Positions 51,047 to 59,672 of a stretch of DNA of 64,000 nucleotides are shown here, piece after piece (position 1 is the first letter of the stretch; each line of letters opens with the position of its first letter). Both the position numbers and the translations under genes were made by a program. The stretch covers positions 3,038-67,037 of the forward strand of contig CAZNYB010000007.1 in NCBI GenBank assembly GCA_964577155.1, read 5' to 3'. The notes under the pieces were generated by a model that had not been told where the DNA came from, did no database searches, and saw nothing but the letters and a program-made list of their open reading frames with translations. This DNA comes from an uncultured Thermomicrobiales bacterium. GTDB taxonomy: Bacteria > Chloroflexota > Chloroflexia > Thermomicrobiales > CFX8.

Positions 51047-51635
51047 CACCCGTTTCGCGAATCGAGTACGCAGTCGCATGGGCACCGTTGGCCGGGTAGT
51101 TTCAAAGACCGGTCTCACCCCAAACATGATCACCGTGATCGGATTGTTTTTGAACCTGGCCGTTGCAGCCGTCATTGCAAGTGGTAGCCTGGTCATTGGC
51201 GGGTTGCTGGTGCTGCTGGCAGGCGCATTCGATGTGGTTGATGGCGCTGTGGCACGGGAAACCGGGCAAGTCTCGAAATTTGGCGGCTTTTTCGACAGCA
51301 CGATCGACCGGTACGCCGATGCCATTGTTCTTGGCGGGCTGCTAATCTATATTCTGCGAGAAGATCTTGGTATCGGGCTGGCGGTGCTGGTCTACATTGT
51401 TGCCGTCGGCTCATTTCTCATCTCCTACACCCGGGCGAAGGCGGAACTGCTCGGGTTGTACGGAGCGGTCGGATTTGCCCAGCGGGCTGAGCGGGTGATC
51501 ATTCTCTCGATCATGCTGGTGATCAATCAGCTGGCGGCAGGTCTCATTCTCCTGGCGATTCTGACAAACCTCACCGTCGTTCAGCGCGGCTATCATGTAT
51601 GGCGTTCGCTCGGCGCAGAAGAGACAGAAAACTAA
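51039..51635 (+). CDS. CDP-alcohol phosphatidyltransferase (phosphatidylinositol-phosphate-synthase-like)
   Basis: DVVDGAVARETGQVSKFGGFFDSTIDRYAD fits D-x2-DG-x2-AR...G-x3-D-x3-D. 8-nt overlap with pimA. Confidence 0.8.
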   Translation: MVSTRFANRVRSRMGTVGRVVSKTGLTPNMITVIGLFLNLAVAAVIASGSLVIGGLLVLLAGAFDVVDGAVARETGQVSKFGGFFDSTIDRYADAIVLGGLLIYILREDLGIGLAVLVYIVAVGSFLISYTRAKAELLGLYGAVGFAQRAERVIILSIMLVINQLAAGLILLAILTNLTVVQRGYHVWRSLGAEETEN

Positions 51636-51649
51636 CCCGGGTATGATCT

Positions 51650-52630
51650 ATGGATAGGCAGGATAGCCACTCCGCGGCCAGAACCTGCCTGGTTGCTCTC
51701 GTCATATCCCTGATATTGCTGCTCGTTATCTGCGTCGTTGTTGCGCTCGCGATCTCGCCGTTCGATTTTGGCCGAGGTAGCGATTCTCCAACAGCGGAGA
51801 CGACGGAGTCACTGAACCCGGCTTCAGAGCAGCTCCTGGTTTCAGTTCTTGATGTCGACCAGGGATTATCCGTCGCCATCATTGCTCCGGACGGTAAGGC
51901 AATGCTGATTGACGGCGGCAGATCTGAAACCAGGATGGAGGAAGAGATTATCCCCTACCTCCAGGACCAGGGTGTCGACGAACTCGAGTATGTCGTTTTA
52001 ACGCATCCCGATCAGGACCATGTCGGTGGATTGCCGCGCCTGCTGGAGCAGATGCAAGTCAACACGTTTGTCGATGCGGTGATCCCGAACACGAACCAGC
52101 GGTACGAAGAAACCCTTGAGCTTGTTCTTGACCGCGGCGTTCACCCGCAAGCTGCAAGGCGTGGTCTGCACTTTGATCTTGGGCCGGAGACAGATATTGA
52201 AGTTCTCTGGCCGGTGGATCCGCTGCTGGAAGATGGCGGGGAGGTCGCAAAAAACAACAACAGCGTCGTTGTGAAGGTTACCTTCGGAGAGGTCGGATTT
52301 CTCATCACCGGCGATGCCGAGCAAGAGGCCGAATTGGCAATGGTTGAGCTCGACGACGGCGAACAGCTGAAGTCAGATGTGCTTGTGGTCGGCCATCATG
52401 GCAGCAATACGTCAAGCGCAGGAGAATTTCTCGACGCCGTTTCGCCGGAGGTAGCGATTATCTCGGCAGGGCTCGATAATCAATACGGACACCCACATGA
52501 CGAGGTTGTTCAACGGTTGCGGTTTCGTGGCATTGACATCTATCGCACGGATCTGGATGGGACGGTGGAAGTGCGAACCGACGGGATCAACTTCGAAGTG
52601 ATGCCGCTTGGAACGGCAACTGCAAAGTGA
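51650..52630 (+). CDS. Membrane-anchored MBL-fold hydrolase (ComEC/Rec2 C-terminal-domain-like)
   Basis: N-terminal TM (LVALVISLILLLVICVVVALAI), VLTHPDQDHVGG and VVGHHGS. Confidence 0.75.
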   Translation: MDRQDSHSAARTCLVALVISLILLLVICVVVALAISPFDFGRGSDSPTAETTESLNPASEQLLVSVLDVDQGLSVAIIAPDGKAMLIDGGRSETRMEEEIIPYLQDQGVDELEYVVLTHPDQDHVGGLPRLLEQMQVNTFVDAVIPNTNQRYEETLELVLDRGVHPQAARRGLHFDLGPETDIEVLWPVDPLLEDGGEVAKNNNSVVVKVTFGEVGFLITGDAEQEAELAMVELDDGEQLKSDVLVVGHHGSNTSSAGEFLDAVSPEVAIISAGLDNQYGHPHDEVVQRLRFRGIDIYRTDLDGTVEVRTDGINFEVMPLGTATAK

Positions 52631-52866
52631 GCGGCCGGAATATCGTCGTGACCGTGGATGAGATTGGGCCAGATGATTCAGGCAGACAGCTCGCGACGCT
52701 CGTCACCGACGACGGGATCTCATTTCAACTGCCAGTTGAGCTTTTACCAGATGAGACGCGTGCGAACGATGTGCTCACGTTGCTGGTAGAGCCTGATCCG
52801 GCGGAGACGAGGCGGCGAGGTAAACGTATAGAGAATCTGCAGCATAGATTGTTCGGAAACCGGTAG
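52627..52866 (+). CDS. DUF3006-like small protein
   Basis: 79 aa with a 4-nt overlap with the MBL gene. Pattern ...ATLVTDDGISFQLPVELLPDETRANDVLTL...ETRRRGKRIENL matches DUF3006 as I recall it. Confidence 0.6.
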   Translation: MSGRNIVVTVDEIGPDDSGRQLATLVTDDGISFQLPVELLPDETRANDVLTLLVEPDPAETRRRGKRIENLQHRLFGNR

Positions 52867-52875
52867 CAGTCGTGT

Positions 52876-53310
52876 TTGAAACAGTACACTAACCACATGA
52901 TGGAGTTGTCTCTCAAACGAATGCAAACCTACTTCAGCGCAACTGCTCTGTTACTTGTTGTGCTGCTCCTGGCTGTCGCCTGTTCAAATCCTGTCGATCG
53001 CGACAGTAGCTCAGACTCAGCTTCCAGCACGCCAGCAGACGATCCGCAGGCTTCCCCTACCCAGGTGCCAGTCATGGTCATTGTGACGCCAACAGCAGGC
53101 AACCCCGATCAGGTACCAGATAGTTCAACTGAATCCGATGTGCCACTTGAGATCCCAGACACCTACGTAGTCGAGGATGGCGACACCCTCTATGCCATCT
53201 CAAGCAAGTTTGGGATTGAACTGGCTGCTCTGGTAGAAGCGAACGGATTGACCGATCCGAACGGGATCTTTGTCGGGCAGGAGTTGATCATCCCCAAGCC
53301 GGGGCAGTAG
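52876..53310 (+). CDS. Secreted/anchored LysM-domain protein
   Basis: Signal-like LLLVVLLLAVACS and LysM YVVEDGDTLYAISSKFGIELAALVEANGL. Start uncertain. Confidence 0.75.
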   Translation: MKQYTNHMMELSLKRMQTYFSATALLLVVLLLAVACSNPVDRDSSSDSASSTPADDPQASPTQVPVMVIVTPTAGNPDQVPDSSTESDVPLEIPDTYVVEDGDTLYAISSKFGIELAALVEANGLTDPNGIFVGQELIIPKPGQ

Positions 53311-53362
53311 CGCCTGACTTCATTTCAACACAGCATCGGACAACTGGCAGGCTGGCAAGACA

Positions 53363-53391
53363 TTGACTGCAATTCATGTGACTGGTAGACT
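53363..53391 (+). promoter_or_regulatory. Sigma-70-type promoter with extended -10
   Basis: TTGACT (53363-53368), 17-nt spacer, TG at 53383-53384, TAGACT (53386-53391). Confidence 0.55.
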
Positions 53392-53397
53392 CTCAAC

Positions 53398-53565
53398 CAT
53401 TGTTCTACGTCTCCAGTAAGTACCGATCAGGGTAAAGGAGGTGATGCCCATCAATGAGTAGTAGTTCTAATTGGGGCGTCGCCACGGAGGTGGCTGCTTA
53501 GCAGTTCGCTTTCTGGCAGACGCCCAAAAGCCTGAAAGCCGGCCAATTTGGCCGGCTTTCTTTTG
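53398..53565 (+). ncRNA. Candidate small transcript of about 170 nt: sRNA or leader-peptide attenuator (unassigned family)
   Basis: Bounded by the promoter above and a 12-bp-stem terminator. Contains AAAGGAGGTGAT (53434-53445), the 15-codon ORF 53454..53501 (MSSSSNWGVATEVAA) and alternative pairings (see findings). Confidence 0.45.
53534..53564 (+). terminator. Intrinsic terminator
   Basis: GAAAGCCGGCCA-ATT-TGGCCGGCTTTC followed by TTTT. Confidence 0.8.
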
Positions 53566-53765
53566 CCCTAACTTTGATCTCCGATTGATCGCGGTAGTCC
53601 CAGCAGGATTGTAGCGTTATCTGCACGACAACTATTTTCGTAACATAATGTGCAGAAACGCGGAATAACCTTCAGCTTCAGGTTACCACTGTGAACCATG
53701 TTTTCGAGTCGAGCATCGATTCCATGGTACAAATGAGATAGATACGCAGACAAGGTACCCAAACA

Positions 53766-54155
53766 GTGAGTTCAAATCCTACAGAAGAATATGAGTTTCG
53801 AGATCTCTGTGATGCCGTGTTATCGCCCGGCGCAATCGGCGTTATGGAACAGCTCAAAAGCGAGATCCTCGAGATCTATGAGCTGGATCAACTCCTTGAT
53901 ACATTGCTGCCACTTGACGATCGGGAGCACCATCAACAGCTCCTCGAAGAGCGACTAACCCGAGTGAGCAAACTGCTACCGGCTGGAATCTCGCCGATGC
54001 CGAATGAGATCTTTACCGCAGTTGAGTTTCTCATCTATCAGTACGAGTCGCGTCCCGTGCATCTTGGTCAAGCAATCACCCGGCTTGAGCTGCTGGCGGA
54101 AGAGATGCGCGCTCGACCAATGATTTACAGTCTGGTGACCGGCCGGGCCAACTAG
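53766..54155 (+). CDS. Hypothetical protein
   Basis: 129-aa ORF, helical and acidic, with no recognised motif and a weak RBS. Start uncertain. Confidence 0.4.
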   Translation: MSSNPTEEYEFRDLCDAVLSPGAIGVMEQLKSEILEIYELDQLLDTLLPLDDREHHQQLLEERLTRVSKLLPAGISPMPNEIFTAVEFLIYQYESRPVHLGQAITRLELLAEEMRARPMIYSLVTGRAN

Positions 54156-55051
54156 TCTTCCGGGTAGACAAGGGAAGCCTTTAATCCGGATGTGCCGATC
54201 GTCGCTTCGGAAAACAGGCTCCGGGCGAATGGTTCATACTCCGAAGGTAATTGAACTTTCGGGCTGAAGTGGGACAACCACAATTGCTTCACTTCGCCCT
54301 CCCGAGCAATCCGGCAGGCTTGCCGGATCGTCATATGTCCACGCTCCCAGGCTCTTGCAGTGTCTTCGTCGCCAGCGTACATCGATTCACAAACGAGCAA
54401 ATCGCTGTAGCGCACGAAATGGGCTATTTCATCGGAGTATCGGGTATCGGTGATGAGCGAAAGTCGGACTCCTTTCCGGTGCGGGCCGGTGACCAGCTCC
54501 GGATCGAACCCACCGACAGCCTGTCCAGCGTGAAGATCGTTCCAGTAGTCAACAGGAATGTTGAGTGAACGCGCTTTGGCGGGCAAAAAACGTGGGAGCC
54601 TCGGACGGCTGATTGAGTAGCCAAGGCACTGAACGTTGTGGCTTAGCGCCATTGTTGACAGCACGACGCCATCGGCGAGCTGTACTGCTTCGCCGCCGCC
54701 AAGCTCAACCACTCTTACCTCAAACGGCAGCCATCCAGTGATGGAGAGCAGTGCTTTCACGACCTCGTAGACCGGGTTGGGACCGTAGATTGTGAGCGGT
54801 TCGGTGCGACCGCTAAATCCGATCTGGAATAACACGCCGGGGAGTCCACCAATATGATCGTAGTGAACGTGGCTAATCAGGATCGTGCCGCAGGAGTTGA
54901 AAGTGAAATCGCTGACTCTCCAGCTGACCTGAGTTCCCTCGCCGGCGTCAAACAGGTAGGTTTCACTGCCGATCTTGAACAGCACGCTGCTGAGCGGGCG
55001 ATCGGGTAGCGGCATCATGCCACCAGAACCTAGCAAACAGACATCAATCAT
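54152..55051 (-). CDS. rnz: Ribonuclease Z (MBL fold)
   Basis: MIDVCLLGSGG, ISHVHYDHIGG and LSHFS. Start moved to ATG 55051. Confidence 0.8.
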   Translation of the reverse strand: MIDVCLLGSGGMMPLPDRPLSSVLFKIGSETYLFDAGEGTQVSWRVSDFTFNSCGTILISHVHYDHIGGLPGVLFQIGFSGRTEPLTIYGPNPVYEVVKALLSITGWLPFEVRVVELGGGEAVQLADGVVLSTMALSHNVQCLGYSISRPRLPRFLPAKARSLNIPVDYWNDLHAGQAVGGFDPELVTGPHRKGVRLSLITDTRYSDEIAHFVRYSDLLVCESMYAGDEDTARAWERGHMTIRQACRIAREGEVKQLWLSHFSPKVQLPSEYEPFARSLFSEATIGTSGLKASLVYPED

Positions 55052-55272
55052 GCCGGACCATCCTCGGGACAATTCCAAGCAAGAATGAACGAGCACTCAC
55101 TATGTCTTGTGGTGCGGTGATTCGCATTGATCAGTCACGTGTTTCTCAATCGTGAGCGGTAGATGCCAGGGTGTGAACGCATGCAGCAGGACTCCAGATT
55201 CGCTATTCTTTGCTCGCGACTTTCGAGCCACGAGCGTTTGACACTGATGAGTTTAACCAGACTGGAGCCGTG

Positions 55273-56862
55273 ATGACCGGACGACCTACGACCTATGCTG
55301 ACAATGGAATGGTGGCCAGTCCGCACTATCTGGCCAGTCAGGCAGGGTTGCGGATCCTGCAGCAGGGAGGCAATGCCGTCGACGCAGCGATAGCAACCAA
55401 TGCAACGTTGAACGTCGTCCTGCCGCATCAGTGCCATGTCGGCGGGGATCTATTCGCGCTCGTCTACGATCCGGCGACGAAGCAGGTGAGCGGATTGAAT
55501 GCGTCCGGACCTGCGCCTGCTGGAGAGTCGATTGAACGGCTGAATCAGCTTGGCCACGTGCATATGCCAGAGCGGGGTGCGCTGGCCGTTACCGTTCCAG
55601 GAACGGTAGCCGGCTGGTGGGAACTGTCACAGCGCTATGGAGCCAGAGAGTTCGGTCATCTCCTGGAGCCCGCAACACAATACGCCGCCGATGGTTTTCC
55701 AGTTTCCGACCGGTTAGCCGCTGGAATACAACTGTTGCGAGCCATGCTCGAGTCAAACGCCGGAACCCGCGAGATTTTCGTCCGCGAACCGGCGTTACGA
55801 GGCGGTGATCGTCTCAGCCAACCCGCGCTCGCCCGGACGTTTCAAACTATCGCTGACAAAGGTCGGGACGGCTTTTATGGCGGAAGTGTTGGCGAAGATA
55901 TTGTCACGACATTGCAACAAGCGGAATCAGCCATAACGCTCGAGGACCTGGAATCCTATCAGCCAGAGTGGCTGACACCTATCCAGACACAGTACCGCGA
56001 TGTCACGTTGCTGGAAATGCCTGCGAATTCACAGGGACCGGCAGCTATCCTGGCGGCGAATATTGCCGAAGGCTGGAATCTGTCGAACGGCAGCCTCTCC
56101 GATGGAGATAGTACTCACCTGCTTGTTGAAGCTATCAAGATCGCTTTGGATGACCGGGACGAGCTGATCGCCGATCCCCGTTTCGCAGAAGTACCAGAAC
56201 GTCAGTTTATTGACAAAGACTATGCGGCGAACCGGCGGCGATCGATCGATCCTGAGAGGGCTGCGTCAGGATCAATGCGTGCTGATGAACGCGGAGATAC
56301 CGTCTATTTGTGTGTCGTTGATCGAGACGGGATGGCCGTCTCGTTGATTCAGAGCCTCTATGAGGGCTTCGGATCAGGTGTTCTGGCGTCCAGGTCAGGT
56401 GTGCTATTTCACAACCGTGGCAAGGGATTCTCGCTTGATCCCGATCATCCCAACCGACTCCAGCCTGGAAAGCGGCCCAAACACACCCTCATTCCAGCCA
56501 TGTTGCTGCGTGACGGGCTACCTGAGGTGGTATTCGGAACTATGGGCGCGGATGGTCAGGCGCAGACGCAGCTGCAACTGCTCACCGGTCTGATTGATTT
56601 CAACCTCTCTCCCCAGCAAGCCATTGAAATGCCACGCTGGCGCTCAGCGCCTGATGGCAACGGTGGCTATGAGCTACTGGTGGAACCGGGAATTGGCAGC
56701 AATGTTATAAAAACACTCCGGGACAAAGGTCACAAGGTAGAGGTCTGTGAACCCCTGGCGTCGGTCATGGGACATGCACAGATGATCAAAATCGACCGGG
56801 AACGGGGTATTCTTGCAGGCGCGGCCGACCCGCGTGGAGACGGCATCGCAGCCGGTTGGTAA
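55273..56862 (+). CDS. ggt: Gamma-glutamyltransferase
   Basis: GDTVYLCVVD and QPGKRPKHTLIPAML (autoprocessing Thr region). Start moved to ATG 55273 after GGAG. Confidence 0.85.
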   Translation: MTGRPTTYADNGMVASPHYLASQAGLRILQQGGNAVDAAIATNATLNVVLPHQCHVGGDLFALVYDPATKQVSGLNASGPAPAGESIERLNQLGHVHMPERGALAVTVPGTVAGWWELSQRYGAREFGHLLEPATQYAADGFPVSDRLAAGIQLLRAMLESNAGTREIFVREPALRGGDRLSQPALARTFQTIADKGRDGFYGGSVGEDIVTTLQQAESAITLEDLESYQPEWLTPIQTQYRDVTLLEMPANSQGPAAILAANIAEGWNLSNGSLSDGDSTHLLVEAIKIALDDRDELIADPRFAEVPERQFIDKDYAANRRRSIDPERAASGSMRADERGDTVYLCVVDRDGMAVSLIQSLYEGFGSGVLASRSGVLFHNRGKGFSLDPDHPNRLQPGKRPKHTLIPAMLLRDGLPEVVFGTMGADGQAQTQLQLLTGLIDFNLSPQQAIEMPRWRSAPDGNGGYELLVEPGIGSNVIKTLRDKGHKVEVCEPLASVMGHAQMIKIDRERGILAGAADPRGDGIAAGW

Positions 56863-56863
56863 C

Positions 56864-57388
56864 TTAGCCGTAGTTGCCGAGGTGCCCGTTGCTCTGCGTT
56901 CGTGCGCCAGACGAAACGACCCGGCGTATCTGCAAAGCCAGCATGCCGGAAATTTCCGGTTGAATTCGGCAGATAAAGTCTGGCGGATCCTCGTCGTCAG
57001 TCTCTGGTTCGTGAAGAATGATGACGACTAGATTATGTTCGTCATCGAATCCGACCGACAGGCGTGCGGCAAGATACTCGTATGCGCCGGGAATTTGCTC
57101 AGGTTGTTCGGTTGGAACAATATCCTCGTCGCCAGGACGGATTGCAAGCTGGACGGTCTGCAATTGTGCCAGGATCTGCTCAAAAGCCATGCCGAGCGCT
57201 TGAAGCTGCTGCTTCTCCATCCACAGCAGCGCAGTCTCATTGTGATCTTCCACCAGCAGCCTGAAACGTCGTTGCCCGGGTGGACCGATCGCTCCGGCCT
57301 CAACCCCAGTTACCTCTTCGAACACCCTGCGCACCAATAGAAACCAACCAACCTGTTTGCACCGAAAACCCTGTTCCAGTTGTGTCAT
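56864..57388 (-). CDS. DUF3090-like protein
   Basis: AGAIGPPGQRRFRLLVE ... EKQQLQAL ... SNGH resembles DUF3090/TIGR03847 as I recall it. The N-terminal 20 aa of the ORF may not be translated. Confidence 0.55.
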   Translation of the reverse strand: MTQLEQGFRCKQVGWFLLVRRVFEEVTGVEAGAIGPPGQRRFRLLVEDHNETALLWMEKQQLQALGMAFEQILAQLQTVQLAIRPGDEDIVPTEQPEQIPGAYEYLAARLSVGFDDEHNLVVIILHEPETDDEDPPDFICRIQPEISGMLALQIRRVVSSGARTQSNGHLGNYG

Positions 57389-57402
57389 TATAACCGGAGC
57401 GC

Positions 57403-58719
57403 ATGAAGCGGCATCCTGTTGTTAAGATTCTCGACGATAGGAGCCTGGAGGGCTGCGTGACAGAACGATCTTTCAAAACCAGACATGTTCCAGTGGACCG
57501 GCATATCGCTGCGGCTGTTGGCGAACTGGATGAAGCAGCGTTGATCGCAACCTTGCAAGATCTCGTCAGAATTCGTAGCGTATTTGATCCGCTCGATAGT
57601 CAAGGCAACGAAACCGAGGCCGCGAATCTGGTTTGCGGTCTGCTGGACCGCTGGGCAATTCCCTTCGAACGCTGGGATGTTGCGCCAGGAAGGCCAAATG
57701 TTGTGGCGGAACTACACGGCGGGCTGGATGGTCCGGCGCTGATCTTCGAGGGGCACACCGATGTCGTGACCGAGGGTGAACGATCGGACTGGACCGTCGA
57801 TCCCTTTGGCGCGGAAATTGCCGATGGAAAGTTGTTTGGCCGTGGGTCAGCTGACATGAAATCAGGGCTGGCGGCGATGCTGTACGCGGCGAGAGCTATC
57901 CAGCTTTCTGGCGAACCGTTTGCTGGCTCAATTCGACTCGCGATCCTGGCCGACGAAGAAGGCATGATGCAGGGCGCGAAAGCATTCGTTGAGCGTGGTT
58001 TTCTTGACGGAGCTTCCGGGGCCATCATTTGTGAGCCGGAAGGTGGGCGGGTCTGCGCGGCTCAGAAAGGCGCCATCAGGCTGCATATTATTCTGCACGG
58101 GAAAATGAGCCACGGTTGTATGCCCGAGGAAGGCGTAAACACGGTATCTGCGCTCGGGCTGGTGATCGTCGCTCTCAACAACCTGGAACGGGAGATACAG
58201 GCAGAGCATGACATGCACTCTACGTTAGGCAGGTTCTATCTCACCCCGACCGTTGTTCAGGCTGGAACCGCCGAGCAGGCCAACGTCGTCCATTCACGCG
58301 CAGATCTGTTCGTTGACGTCAGAACCTGTCCGGTACACAACCACGAGGCGGTAATAGCCAGGATCAAGCAGCGAGTTGAGCAGGCTGTCGTACCGGTCGC
58401 AGAGATTCAGATGGAACTGGCCGTGGTCGATGACCGGCCTGCCACCGAAACCGACATTTCCGATCCAGTCGTGCAGGCGATCGTCGATGCTCACGAGCAG
58501 GAGTTCGGCGAAGTGCCGCCATTTGGCGGTGTGCCGGGATCAACGGACGGCACCATCTTCTGGGCGGCAAATCAGATCCCACTCGCTGTGTATGGGCCGG
58601 GAGATACAACGATTCCCCATCAGGCCGATGAATTTGTGCGAGTCGATGAGGTGATCCGGTGCGCGAGGGTTTATATCAGCGCAGCGCTTCGCTATTTTGA
58701 CAGGATTGGGCGCAGTTGA
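57403..58719 (+). CDS. M20-family metallopeptidase/deacylase (ArgE/DapE/CPG2-like)
   Basis: FEGHTDVV, GRGSADMKSG and ILADEEG. Start uncertain. 4-nt overlap with panE. Confidence 0.8.
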   Translation: MKRHPVVKILDDRSLEGCVTERSFKTRHVPVDRHIAAAVGELDEAALIATLQDLVRIRSVFDPLDSQGNETEAANLVCGLLDRWAIPFERWDVAPGRPNVVAELHGGLDGPALIFEGHTDVVTEGERSDWTVDPFGAEIADGKLFGRGSADMKSGLAAMLYAARAIQLSGEPFAGSIRLAILADEEGMMQGAKAFVERGFLDGASGAIICEPEGGRVCAAQKGAIRLHIILHGKMSHGCMPEEGVNTVSALGLVIVALNNLEREIQAEHDMHSTLGRFYLTPTVVQAGTAEQANVVHSRADLFVDVRTCPVHNHEAVIARIKQRVEQAVVPVAEIQMELAVVDDRPATETDISDPVVQAIVDAHEQEFGEVPPFGGVPGSTDGTIFWAANQIPLAVYGPGDTTIPHQADEFVRVDEVIRCARVYISAALRYFDRIGRS

Positions 58720-59672
58720 ACATTCTTGTCATCGGATCAGGCGCGATGGGCAGCCTTTTTGGAGTCTTGCTTTTTGAAGCCGGGAACGAGGTCTTGCTCT
58801 ACGATATCTGGCTTGAACACCTCCAGGCGATTCAAGAAAATGGACTGCAGATTCACAATCAGGCTGGTGAAGTTTCCAGTGTTCGTGTGCCAGTGACCTT
58901 TCGTCTCTCAGCAGATCAGATATCCCAGGCTGACCTGATCATTCTTGAGACCAAGACCTACGATACGGTGACTGCTCTGGAACCGCTCAAGGCTCATCTC
59001 AGTCCGACAACCCGAGTGCTAACCTTGCAAAACGGCGCCGGCAACTACGAGATAATGCGACGTGTCCTACCGGATCATCCACGCATCATCATCGGAGTCA
59101 CCGCACACGGATCCAATGTGCTCGGGCCAGGCATTATCCGCCGCACAGGTGTCGGGCCAACTGAAATAGGCGATCCGACGCTTGCCTGGGAATACCGAGG
59201 CGAGATCGTCGAACTCATCCAGATTTTCAACGATGCCAGCATTGAGACGACGCTGGCTGAAAACATTCACGCAGCGGTTTGGGCAAAACTGGCAGCCAAC
59301 GCCACGATAAATCCACTTACTGCGCTAACCGGGCTGAAAAACGGAGAGATTCTCGAAGACGAGCAACTCCTCACGCTGACCGAGCAGATCGTCGCAGAGA
59401 TGCTTGCGGTCATGGATGCTCTCGACATACCACGGATCAAAGACGACTACGCCGCCTATGCCAGGTTCGTGATGGATGTCACCTGGGAGAGTTACTCATC
59501 GATGCTCCAGGACATCCGCTTCAAACGAAGGACTGAGATCGAATCGATAAACGGCGCTATTGCGCGGTTTGGACGGCAGGAAGGCGTTGCAACGCCGGTG
59601 AACGACTGGATTACCGCGCTGGTGCTCAATCGGCAACGCGACTACCTCGAAGAGAGCAGGGGAGTACTTTGA
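58716..59672 (+). CDS. panE: 2-dehydropantoate 2-reductase
   Basis: ILVIGSGAMGSLFG Rossmann motif and an ApbA-like C-terminal domain (SMLQDI..KRRTEIE.ING). Confidence 0.85.
   Translation: MNILVIGSGAMGSLFGVLLFEAGNEVLLYDIWLEHLQAIQENGLQIHNQAGEVSSVRVPVTFRLSADQISQADLIILETKTYDTVTALEPLKAHLSPTTRVLTLQNGAGNYEIMRRVLPDHPRIIIGVTAHGSNVLGPGIIRRTGVGPTEIGDPTLAWEYRGEIVELIQIFNDASIETTLAENIHAAVWAKLAANATINPLTALTGLKNGEILEDEQLLTLTEQIVAEMLAVMDALDIPRIKDDYAAYARFVMDVTWESYSSMLQDIRFKRRTEIESINGAIARFGRQEGVATPVNDWITALVLNRQRDYLEESRGVL

Noticed and set aside
53444-53461. Mini-ORF ATG CCC ATC AAT GAG TAG (MPINE) directly after the perfect SD.
   Set aside because: The ATG overlaps the SD/anti-SD duplex itself (2-nt spacing), so initiation there is unlikely. 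The downstream 15-codon ORF fits the hairpin geometry better.
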